64,000 bases of DNA from Trichosphaerium sp. ATCC 40318. Lineage: Eukaryota > Protista > Tubulinea. The translations under genes and the position numbers were made by a program. Under the pieces are notes generated by a model, which searched no databases, was not told the DNA's origin, and saw only the letters and a list, made by a program, of their open reading frames with translations. Below are positions 25,701 through 37,500 of the stretch, one piece after another. Position 1 is the first letter of the stretch. The number at the start of each line of letters is the position of its first letter. The stretch is taken from contig JALMLS010000322.1 of the NCBI GenBank assembly GCA_038496445.1, forward strand, positions 992,001 through 1,056,000, in the 5' to 3' direction.

Positions 25701-26785
25701 AGACAGTCAACAAAAATCGATTGCGAAACTAAAACCAGAAAAATTCTAAGAGTTGCCTTTCAAGCACCTTGTAGGGAGCTTAAGCTGCTTTTTCTATTGT
25801 TTGTTGTCAACACTCTTTTCAGTTAAATAATTTGGTGTTCTTGTCATAAACATTATTACTCTATACTTAGAACGAGGCAAAATCTAACTTTTTTTTAAAG
25901 AAAAGCCCGGCTTCAGCATCGTTCCCTGTACGTCAGCCTCATGTGTTTCGTTGGTTTGTAACACTCTTGTTTCTTAGGCATGTTGAAAAACGAAAAGCCA
26001 GGGATAATAGACTACGAACCTGAGTCACCTCCAGTAGATATGTACCAATATTGTCACGTGTACACTTTTGATTTTTTGCCTGTTGGTTTTTTTGGAAGAT
26101 TATATGCTAGTTTATGCAATTCTAAAAAGGTAAGCCATTTTGACGCTCTTTATTGTATTTTGTCGTTTTAATATGCTGTAGACATTTGATATTTTGAGCC
26201 CGTGGCGCCATGGAACAATGATATTATGTGATGGACAAGAAGGATATCTAGAGTACAAAACCTAAAAGCATTTTTTGGTTACTAAAAAACGTTCAAGGCA
26301 TGATATAGAGAAGTTTAAGCTTACTGTGGCTGTAAGAATGCTGCGCTGCGAGTAAGATTACTTGCTATAATCAAACACACTAACTTCATGGTAGTAAGCG
26401 TTTAGTCGACCTATTCTTGATGCTGACGAGTACAGTTGATTCAATTCTAAAAAAATATTAGTATGAGTCTTTTTCTCTTTTTTTTCTTTTTCTGACCTTT
26501 TTTCAGTCCAAGGAATTATGAACATGTGACTATTAAAATACCTTGCACAAGGTGCATATATTCTAGAAACATAGATGATCATATTTTCTCAAAGAAAGAA
26601 CTAACAAAGGTGTGAAATGCAACAAAATCTTATTTTTTTAACAAATGCAATAGGCATGTGCTGACGGCTCACTATCTGTTCCTTGTGGTACTAATTCAAT
26701 ACGTATAGAAGAACTTGCGCCAGGTACTACCGCCAGATTTTTTTTAAATTTGCCATAATCTAAAGATATACTACAGGCTTGGTAA
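22800..26785 (+). CDS. Roco protein (LRR-Roc-COR) with no kinase domain; 5' exons probably extend to ~22400
   Basis: RI-like and typical LRRs (LRELDISKNSIG, LDLSKNNLEELPLSLGNLTNLTKLVLDDNPL); Roc motifs KVVIIGSEKAGKT and VFDLGGSQVFRLTHRFF; COR motifs IILDAQWL, LLEHLELIFPL, FDFLPVGFFGRL; ends IEELAPDILQAW*. Confidence 0.85.
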
Positions 26786-27048
26786 GCGACTTCCAACACA
26801 AGCAAAAAAAACGTGAAAATGTAGAATAAAAATTAAATTATTTATAAACCACATTTATACAAAATCATTGTGTCTACAGTATCTATGTGCGTATTACACG
26901 GTACATATACACTTTCAAAAAGAAAATATCACTTTGGCAGTGACAAAAATAAGGAACTGTTGGGCACCACTTCTTGCAAGAGTTTTTTCTATGTAACTTC
27001 TTTATTTGCCTTTTTTGTTATAGTTAACTCTGCAACATCTACTAAACA

Positions 27049-27836
27049 ATGATTAAAACCGTACTTGTTTTAGCTGCACTATTCGTCCTTGCAAGTGCAT
27101 TTAGCACCGGCGCTCTACTGGAGTACGTAACCTGAAGATACTTCTGTTGTTCACCAATAGTTTAGATTTGTTGAAGGAGTTGCTATTAGCTTGGAACACA
27201 ATTTGGCCGATAACATCACGGGGTACAAATAAGCTTATTTTTTAACTCCTTGTATTATACTAACCACAGCACTATAGCGTGTACACAAGACCAAGATGCA
27301 CTTATGTCGTTGTACGACACCACCATAGACGATTTGAGGAGCGCAATTGCTGACAAGAGCGTTGAACTGCTTAAAAATCCGAACTAAGACATTGGACATG
27401 CGCTCAGTGAAACAAAAACTGTTTTTGAGGTATGCAACGTTTTGTTGTATTCTGGGTTATCATTAATGTATTTGTATAGCCTTGTGGTGGTGATAATCTT
27501 TTTGAAGACTTTGAAACCTTCGGGAAAGAGCTAACTACAAACCCAAAGTAGCTTTTACTTTTTGTTTTTTTTTTTCGGTAGAATGTGGTTCTTTTGTTAA
27601 CTGTTCTTTTCTGTTAAGGCTATAGCTAAGGAGTTTTTTGATGTACTCTTTGGAGGAAGAGAATTAAAGCAGGATCTTCATGATATGATTGAATACTGGG
27701 GAAAACAGAAATATAAACTACTGGTACATCGTAAGTGTTTCTGAAATTCTTTTTTTTCCTTTTTTTTTCCGATATTCATTTCATGCTAATGGATTTCATT
27801 AAAAGGCTCGGCAAACTTATTTGTATCTTTAATTGA
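27049..27836 (+). pseudogene. Small secreted helical protein with an in-frame TAA at 27385-27387
   Basis: Signal peptide MIKTVLVLAALFVLASA. Exon 3 reads ...DKSVELLKNPN*DIGHALSETKTVFE in one frame, and downstream exons stay coherent. Confidence 0.55.
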
Positions 27837-28287
27837 TAATCTTTATATCCCTAATAAGTAAAGTCGCCCGACCCTGTGCAGTTGTGAACAAACCAGCACA
27901 CAACATTTCCATGATACCTTACACCTGTTTTTCACGCCTTCTCCTTTTGGCATAAGTGACCATACATATGTTTGACAACCTTATTTTGTTGAGCCGATTA
28001 TTGCTACATATTTCTTCCATCTTGACACGCTTCAAGTAGTATTAAGCGAGTATACATTAGTCGACGTAGAAGTAACAAGCTTGCGCTAAAAAATGATCAC
28101 TTTCTTGCTTTTTTGTTAAACTTGTCATTTTATCCATCCTTTACTTTTTCACGCTTTTAAACTGATTGTGTAACATGCTAACATGTATTTACTCAAAACA
28201 GACGTTTGTAGAGAAAAACGCTTGATGACATCAGAATTATAGGCAAACACAGTGTGATTTATTTTTCAGTAATTTTCCAAAGACAAA

Positions 28288-29899
28288 ATGTCGAGACGAG
28301 AGGATGTTATTTTACTCACTGAGACAAATACACAAGATGCGCCTATAGAGATAGATGAAAAACCCCCTTCTTATTGTACTACTTTATTGATGAAGCTTCG
28401 AAACGCTACATTACCCCGAAGAGGCCACTACGTATCTTATTTCATAGGTAACTATCAATTCTCCAATTCTTTACTCCGCACTTTCTTTTTTTTTATCTCA
28501 CGTGTTTTTGTAGGCGTCGCTATAGATGTTATTGGTCTCCTTGTATGGGCTACTGTTATTGGTTTTGTTTTAACACGCAAAGGTAAGTTTTGTTAAAATA
28601 CAAGCGTGTAAGGAGTCTCCTACGCTTAAAAACAATTTGGGACTACTTTTCGCTTCTTTTTTAGCAAGCACGTGATTTGTCATCACCTTATTTGCTCTTG
28701 TTGACTTTTTTCTCCTTAAAGAAATGAAAGAACTATGGTATATGCCCTTTGTCGGTATTGCCGGCGCTACGATTGGTATGAGCACTCCCGCCGGAGGAGG
28801 TGTTGTTTTCTTTCCAGTACTTTCAACTTTGCCGAATATGACAGCACCAAAGGCTGTTGCTTTCAGTGTCGCTACTCAATTTGTTGGCATGGGCGTGTTT
28901 GGAACTATGGCTTGGGTAAGGCAAGGAAGGCAGTTCATTATGTTCATACCAGCTATAGTAGCTGTATTTTTTAGGTATGCTAAAACAAAGGAAATTTTTT
29001 TTTTCATCAGCAAGTTCGTGTAGTCTACTACCCCACTTTATCACATTTGTCTGAATCTAAATCTAAACATAGACTTATTATTAACACTGTTGATGTTTAT
29101 TTACTTATTTTGTAGCACTTGTGGCACTGCAATTAGGTAAGGAAAACTACACCTCTCCTAGCTTTTTTTAACAATTTTTTTTTTGTTTTCTAGCCTTTAT
29201 GCTGTTCCTATAAGCAACTCCAGTATCTTGGATATAGTCTTTTCTTGCTTTGGATTCTTATTAGCTCTGTACATGATTTATTTACTTGTCAAGAACGACA
29301 CCGACGAGCCAAATGGAAAAATGAACAGTTTCAAAATAATTGGAAAAGACACCCACAGTCTCATTCGCTTGGGTACACTTATCGTTGCATCTTTTTGTGG
29401 CGGTATTTTAGGTACCCTCTTACATCGCATAATGATAGTACTCATTTACATGAGGTAGTTGGGTATGTGGGTGTTGGTGTTGACGTCCTCTTGTTTGGTG
29501 TATGGACCGCCATATTTAAGGTGTTCTTGCTTGATCCTTTCTGTTTTTCTAATTGATATTAGGTTCATGCTGTAAGAGCTACTGTAACAAGTATTCTTAT
29601 AATGGGTTGGTCTTGTACTCTACCACTACTAACAAACGTTCTTGTCTTCGATGACTTTCCTTTACACATGTGGTTAATGGTTTTGGGTGGTATTATTATT
29701 GGTGCGAGGACTGGTGCTGTGTTAGGTGTACTATTAGGAAAAAGAGGGTACATTCAATAATTTCATTTGTATTGCTTGTATAGGTAACAACTAATTGTTT
29801 TTTTCCAATAGCATCATGGGCTTACTAGTGATACTTCTTTTTGGTGAAATAATTTTGACAATTGTAAAGTTCACAATACTTAAAACTGCACGATTGTAA
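28288..29899 (+). CDS. Sulfite exporter TauE/SafE-like multi-pass membrane protein
   Basis: WYMPFVGIAGATIGMSTPAGGGVVFFPVL, AVAFSVATQFVGM, GGILVGYVGVGVD, GGIIIGARTG and many hydrophobic segments. Confidence 0.75.
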
Positions 29900-30407
29900 T
29901 ACCAATATTTGTGCGCATACTATCACTAATACATGGCCGTTACCAAATTTAAACATAATAAACATAATTTAACAATGTACATAACAACCAATTCACAGAA
30001 ATGAGAAGCAAAGCTCGCACAATAGCCTAAATCTGTTGCCACCAACAACAGAACCTCCAACCACAGTGCCACCAATAACAGTATCACCAACAACACATGT
30101 GCCTACAACAGTATCTCCTACAATCATATTTCTCAACAAAAGCTCCTGCAAATATTTGCAAGCATACTGTAGTTCTTATTATACTTTTGAAGTTCACTGG
30201 GAATACCTTATAAACTCAGGCCAAAGGTTGTGTCGGAAGATTAAGTTAGGATAAGTTGTGTAAACAAATAAAACTATTGGAACGTATTGTATCAACTAGT
30301 GTTCTATTGGTTCATTTTAAATTGAGTATGCTACACGGTAACGTTTATTATCGCTGTACGGCTTAATATCAAGCTTAGAGATTAGCGTTAAAGTAGACAC
30401 TTCAAAA

Positions 30408-31374
30408 ATGAAGCGAAACGCTGAGTTTATAGGCGTAGAAGAGCTCAAGAGGCAACAAAAAGCGCAACTGGACAAATTTGAAAAATGGGCTTCAGATGAG
30501 ACATTTCATATCTTCGGACCAAGGTACCCGTATTTTTACGCCTAACAGGAATTATAACAACGGTTTTAATTCATTTTGTAGCTAATTATAAAACTTCGTC
30601 GTTTCTTTTGGTTTTAAACTATAGTTTAGATACAGTCACTATGATTGGTGGATGTTTCCAATAGAATTAAGTAGTAGTAGAGGTCTAAAGTACGAATCAA
30701 AAGACAACGGCCTCTTTCTTGAGGTTTTTCACTGAATTTTTTTGTATGTAATCGAAAATTACTTACCTTTCACCTGCAATTAGGTACACGTGCTATGAAG
30801 GAGATTTTGCGGACTTGTCACAAGATCTTGAGTATATGAAGAATTATAAACGTGGTGTATTTTTATTATGCTTGTCTTGGGGATACAACATAGAAACAAA
30901 AGAAATCACGTGCGTTTTGAGCAACTTTTTTTTCGAATATTTGTTTATGTTACCCAACACCTTGTCATCTGTTTGCATCACCAAAAGAAAGTTTATCCAA
31001 CACCCCTGGTTTAAAGCAAAGTAGTAAACACTCTAACTATAAGAAAAAAAATGCTTCAACGATGATACCTTGACAAACTTATAAAATATTTTTTGATTTT
31101 CAGAAAACGTTGTGCTTCTTTTGGATTACTACCTTAGTTTTATTATAAGTAAGTTAACCTTAATTTCATTAGTATACGTAAGTCAAAAGGTCAAAAATGG
31201 AAGAAATGGGGTGTAAGATTACGTAAAGTAGGACAATCCTTACTACATTTTGGAGAAGAAGATTATTTCAAATCTCTTGATTATTTTGTACAAAGTACAC
31301 TCTATAAGCAAGATCCATCAATGGATACTTCAGACAATAAAAGCAGGGGTAAGTGGCCTTTCACCAAACCGTGA
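30408..31374 (+). CDS. Uncharacterised protein with HYDWWMFP motif (possibly OGFr-N/DUF1810-like)
   Basis: Spliced: MKRNAEFIGVEELKRQQKAQLDKFEKWA...SHYDWWMFPIELSSSRG...YKRGVFLLCLSWG...WGVRLRKVGQSLLHFG. Confidence 0.65.
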
Positions 31375-31496
31375 TCTGATATTACACAAAAATACTATCC
31401 AGTCTAAAACGCAATGAGTACAAACAACTGTCGATAAAAATAAAACTGTCAAAGAATAAATTGGTCAACAAATACACCGTACGCCTTTTCGTCAAG

Positions 31497-31830
31497 TTAA
31501 CTTGTAGTAAATAAGGTGAGGTATATCAAACTCAACCTAACAGTTTGAACTCCTTTTAATGCGGCTACACCTTCATTCGTAAAAGAAAAAACAAAGATCA
31601 CTGAAATGCGCACCAGCAGAGCTTTCAACCCTTCATCTGCTACATATGTGCTCCAAAGGCTAATAGTGTAAAAGCCTTTTAGAGCTTTGATACCTTCATC
31701 TGTTAGTGTTTGCATTTACTGAGGCTAATAGTATGTACGCCTGCATGCGCTTTTACACCTTCATCTGTTACTGAAGTATAATTTTATGTACACTGTTGAC
31801 TGATTTTATGCCTTCATCAGTAAATGATAC
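31497..31830 (-). pseudogene. Decayed fragment of the GVHTI-type LRR family
   Basis: TDEGIK/TDEGVK/GVHTISL repeats in shifting frames, with no F-box or start codon. Confidence 0.75.
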
Positions 31831-31977
31831 CACTCAAGGAACAGGGTTTTCTTGAAGGCCACATAGCAAATGCAACTGCGCAAAAGTAAGGCGTTGAAAA
31901 AACCAAAGATCTTTGACTAAATGTTGACTACAGGGATTCTTCATTTCTGTTTTAACTGCCTACAAAACACTACAACC

Positions 31978-34175
31978 ATGTTACGCTACGCACTAGCGGT
32001 TTTGATATGTATGATAACAGGGATTGCAGCTCTTGACAATGTACGAGTACATTTCTAAACAATTAAAACCAGCAAAACTCGTTTTTTACGCGAAAAAAAC
32101 ACAATCAAAGCCATTTGCCTTCGTTTTCATTTCAGTATTTTTAAAACACTCCACGAATACCTCAACGGGCCATTGCACATCACAAGGTGTTAAATTACGT
32201 ACTGCCAAAAACTTTCCAGCACTTTACAGCAGATATTGAATCTACTAGTACAATTTAGACTCAAAACACTGCGTAGGGTCTAGGAAAGCTACCACCAATG
32301 GGTATACTTGATTTCAAGAAACTACAGAGCTAACCTATTAGGTTGGACCACGTGGTGTACAGACAATGATATTATTCCGTGCAACAACGACTATTGCAGT
32401 GAGGGAGAGGTTAAGGATGTTGTAGACGCCATGGTTTCGAACGGTACGGAAAAATTGTTACAACTTATTTTGTTCAACAAGTAATCTTCTTTAGGGTTAC
32501 TAGAGCTTGGATATAACTACGTCAACCTTGATGGTACGTTAGGTTAAACAATGGTATTAGGAGTATACACGTGACCTCCACATCAGCCTTTAAGGAACTA
32601 CTAGATGAACAAAAAACATCTAGTGTTGTGGCTGTTTGTGCTTTTTTTTTTTGAGTACTTATTTTTATCTAAGATTGCTGGGCTGGAGAGCGTGATAGCA
32701 CCGGTCAAATACAACCAGATCCAAGTATGACTTTGAATAAGTAGTCTTTAGACTCATAACCTAACATGTTTTAATAGAGCGATTCCCTAGTGGTATGAAA
32801 GCACTAGCTGATTACATTCATTCCAAAGGTATAACTTTTTATTTCTGTTTGTCTTACATCTTGCTTAATCGTGTAGGGATGAAATTTGGATTATACACAG
32901 ACGCTGGTACAAAAACATGCAAGTACAGTCGCCCAGGTAGTTATGGATACTACAAACAAGACGCTCAGACCTACGCTGATTGGACAATGGATTTTGTAAA
33001 AATGGATTGGTGTGGTTTTTTTTTTTGCCATTAACGGCCTGTTCATATGTCTTAGGTGTAATCACCCAAGAAACTTTACTGCACAGGAACTTTATAGCGA
33101 AATGCGTGATGCCTTGAATGCTACAGGTAGACCCATGTTCTTTGCAATGTGCGAATGGGGATTGTACGTTTGTTTTGTTGTGTTTTTACTATTGGAGGCT
33201 ACCACTGATGATTGTTTAGGTATAATAGTTGGGAGTGGTCTAAACCTGTGGGTAACAGCTGGAGAGTTGGACCTGATCACCTTCCTTTCTGGTGGACACC
33301 AGGTACGGAAATGTTTTCTTGCAATTTCACTGTTTAAACTTTTCGGTGTAGATACCTCACAAGATCCTGGACAAGGTCAAGGAACTGCAAATATTATTCA
33401 GCACATGGCTAAACTCGGCAAATACGCTGGACCTGGTGGTTGGAACGATCCGGACTTTTTGTTACCTGGTACGCAAAAAAAAGATAGTAAACACTTTTTT
33501 TTTCCTCTTGATTTATAAAGTTGTGTTTAGGTTATAGCTGGATGGGTGAAGATGATAAAAAAACAGAGTTTGCATTCTGGTGCTTGTTCGCAGCACCTTT
33601 AGTAGTTGCAACAGGTACGCTAATACTATTGGCTCTTGATACCCATAAACCAATCGCTAAATTGTTCATAGATGTAAGAAATTTAGAAGATAAAAAAGTC
33701 ATCTTGAACAAAGAAGCTATCGCCGTTAATCAAGCACGTGCACTCTATTCTTCATTTTGACAGAGAAAATTACATCACATTGCTCGCATCTAAAATATCA
33801 CTAGGATCCTCTTGGTGTTCCTGGTGTTATTCGAGTTAACAATACTGATGGCGGACAAGTTTTTAGCAGACCTCTAGCTAACGGTGACTGGGCTGTTATT
33901 ATCTATAATTCGAACATTTTGTGGGGAGACGTTAATATGTCTATCAAATGGACTCAAGAAATACTCCCTGGATGGCCTACAAATGCTGTTAAAGTACGTA
34001 ATAGAACTTTGTAAACAACATTCTAATTTTTTTTGATAAAATTGCTGATTGCGTTTTGTAGGCGTCAGTAAGAGACTTGTGGAAACACACCGATGAAGGA
34101 ATTATGGACGCGTATACTGTTAAGAACTTGAAGCCACATCAAAGTATTATGTTGCGCTTACAGCCAAAAATGTAA
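31978..34175 (+). CDS. Alpha-galactosidase / alpha-N-acetylgalactosaminidase (GH27), secreted
   Basis: Signal peptide then [70 protein letters not shown], VRDLW. Confidence 0.95.
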
Positions 34176-34589
34176 GGCAATAAACCAACACTTAAATTCC
34201 ACTCACGTGATATTGTTATGTCAACATAAAAAAACCTCTATTGTGGTGTGCCTTCGTATGCCTCTGTAAATCGTTATGGGTTTAGTGACTCTGCGTGACG
34301 TGTGTACGATCAATGACGTGAACATTCTGCTGAACTATTTTTAAAACTAAATACAAGTCACATGTGTGACTGCATACACGTTAATATCTCACATGTTTAA
34401 CTACGCGCGTAGCTACCGGGTAATTTTTTGCGTTTTTCTGAAAGAGAAATTATCTAAACCGATAGCGAAGTATTCTCTAGTCAAACAATCACCTGAACGC
34501 AGCAATAAAGCGAAGAAATAATTATTTATAACCATATCTAGCGAGTCACGTGTCATTTGTAAATTATAGATTAAAACCCGATCAAACAA

Positions 34590-37500
34590 ATGGCCCATGT
34601 ACGTCTTTTATCGTCTAAACACGTTTAAGCAGTTCTTTATTACTAACAGAATACTACAGGAGCATAAACATCCTCATCTAGCAGCAATAAAGCATTTACT
34701 ACATATTGAAGAAGAACATCGTACGTAGCTTACAAAGCTCAAGTGATAGCGCTGTGTTGGCTTTAAAAGAAAAAATGTAGCAAATCTACAAAAATAATTC
34801 TTACTCGCCGTTTTTAGATAATAATAAGCGTAACCTTGCTCAGAATGCTATGAACTTGATAGAGTACGTTTTCCTTTTTGTAGATTCGTTTATAAATTAC
34901 AATGCCGACGAAATTCTTCGCTTTACTTAATTGCTCTTAATCTAACGCAACTGCAAGTAAAACTGCGCACGGTCCAAAACCAAGCGCTTTAACAAACGCT
35001 AAACAAGCACCAAGACCTCTGCCAAAACAACCCTTACCACAAATTATTGATCTATCGAGTGCGTTACCAAGCATTACAATGCTCATAAAGGCAAAAAAAC
35101 CGTTTTTTACGCGCAAGTAGAGCTTTTTCATAAACGCGCACAATAGTAAACCTTCGTTCTTCATTTGTAAACCGATACAAACGCATAGCGAGAGTATAGG
35201 TTTGAGTTAGAAAAAGTAGAAAAAAATAATCAAAAATTCTTTTCCCCTTTCCGCTTTTGCGTATTGAGCACTTGGCACAATAGTATAACTAACACGGTAA
35301 CAATAGAACCAGGGGAACACGGAACAATGTCAAATGCAAAACCAAAGTTATCGAGGCGTCCAACAGAGGCATTAAGACCTAATAGAAAAGCACCTAGGCC
35401 TCCAGCATCCAACGGTAGTAATAAACCACGTAGATCATTAAGTAGAGCGGCTGGTACAAAAAAAACTGATTCCAGGCGCCATTTTACAATTTAACAAACA
35501 CTACACAGTTTTTAATCAGCTTTGAAACAAAACTACTAAAAAAAATCGATTACTGCAACTTTTCCGCTTATTTATTATGCTTGTGTATAAACTCTAGCCA
35601 GAAGAGTATCTAAAAAACTGCAAATGAGTTCAATTTATTCTAGTTAACCGACTAAAAAATGATTTGCAACTTTTTTTCCTTTTTTAGAACTCTTCAAAAA
35701 TTTTTTTGATTTTTTCTCTTCAGAATAGACTTATACATAAAATACAACAAGGTCTCATAAGTAAAAAAACTACCAACAAAAACCGTAAACTTTTTTTTGT
35801 GTCACTGCCAGACATTTCTGGTGATGACACGAACTTGACTTGTTAGTAGTTTTTCTGGAAACGCTTTTGACTGCAGTTTTTTTTTTTGGATTTTTTTCGT
35901 ATTAGTGGTAGCGTAGGAGTTAGTTATTCTGTCATAGGAATGTTTGGTTTTCTAACTATTTACTAGGATCAAAGAAACTTAGTGTTATATCTCCTAGAAA
36001 AAAACGAAACACAACACCTAAAGTACCAAAGATTGGACTCAAAGGTAAACGCCGTCGGTTTCAGACTGCGCCAAATTCTCCTATGCGTTCTCCATCAGGA
36101 AGATCACCTAGGAAACCACCAACAAGCGCTCCTGATAGGAAGCCAACAAGTGCGCCTGACAGGCAGACAAACGTACAGAACCTGATTGGCTTATTGCTTT
36201 GTTAACTCAATTTTTTATAGCTTCAAGCTGCTGATAGTTACAGAGAAGAAGATTTAGGCACTAAGCTTAATAGTGGAACTTGGTCAGATGATGGAGAAGA
36301 AGAAGGGGAACTACGTATGTTTTATCCCGAAAAATTAAAGCTTGTTTAAATTCTAAAACACTTTTCGTTTTAGAACCTAGTAGACCACCCCCAGCTCCGC
36401 CAACTTTAAAGAAGAATATGTCAGTTAAAGCAGAAGACTCTGCATCAAAGGATAAGAGACGTTCAGGTATGTAAAATCGTCGCAGTAGATCAGAAATTGC
36501 GATTCTTTGTACTTATTTTTTTGAAGAAAAGAGACCTCGGATAGTAACAGAAATATTCGAGACTGAGCAAGTATATGTGGCAAATCTAACAAGCTGTTTA
36601 AAGGTACCATAAACGTTTTTAAAATAATGATACAACTGAGGCACTTGCTGCTTGACACAAATTTTTTGTTGACGTTTTTTTTTTTTAGGTTTATTTGCCA
36701 GCTGTTGAGGTTTTGGTAGATACTAAAAAGTTTATTAAAAAACAAGATAAAGAATTATTGTTTGGTAATTTACAATCAATATTAAACTTTAATCAACAGC
36801 TATGTGCTGAAATTAAAGAATGCCATGAGAGTTGGGACTCTTCTTCAATGATTGGTCCTATTTTTTCAAGACTGGTGCGTTTTATTGTCATTGTAATAGT
36901 TAATTTGATTCAGAAATAATTTATTAAACTCTGTTAGGCTCCATTCCTTAAGATGTACACTATTTATGCTGATAATTATAAACGTGCATTGGAAACAATG
37001 AAAACTCTTGAAAATAACTCAGAGTGGTTGAAAACAATGGATGTACGTGTCAACGTTTCTGTCTCTTTGAATTTTTGCAACCTCTTTACAGAACAACGTG
37101 TTAGATGTTTTTATTTATGGTTATCATAGGCTTGTAAACAAAAAACAAAGACAACTCTAGAATCATATTTAATTTGTCCAGTACAGCGTATCCCAAGGTA
37201 CAAAAAACGGCGTGTGTGTTTAAAAAGAACTCATAAAGAATTTTTGTAGGTATCAGCTGTTACTACGAGATTTGCTAAAAGCAACTCCTGAGGATCATCC
37301 GGGTATGTAAAAAGATTTATTTTTCGTTGAACCATTTATTTTCTGTTTTTTTTACTTCTTTTTTGCTTATACCTCTCTTAAGATTACAAGCCACTTGCGA
37401 AGGCTCTTGTAGAAATGAAGATGATATGCAAGAAAGTGAATAACTTTGTTAGACAACAAGATCAAGGAAAACGCATGATTGCGCTTGGTTTTACGGTAAT

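Noticed and set aside
27385-27387. Stop-codon reassignment (TAA read as an amino acid)
   Set aside because: TAA terminates many well-defined genes here (5995, 34175, 55367), and long intronless ORFs contain no internal TAA.
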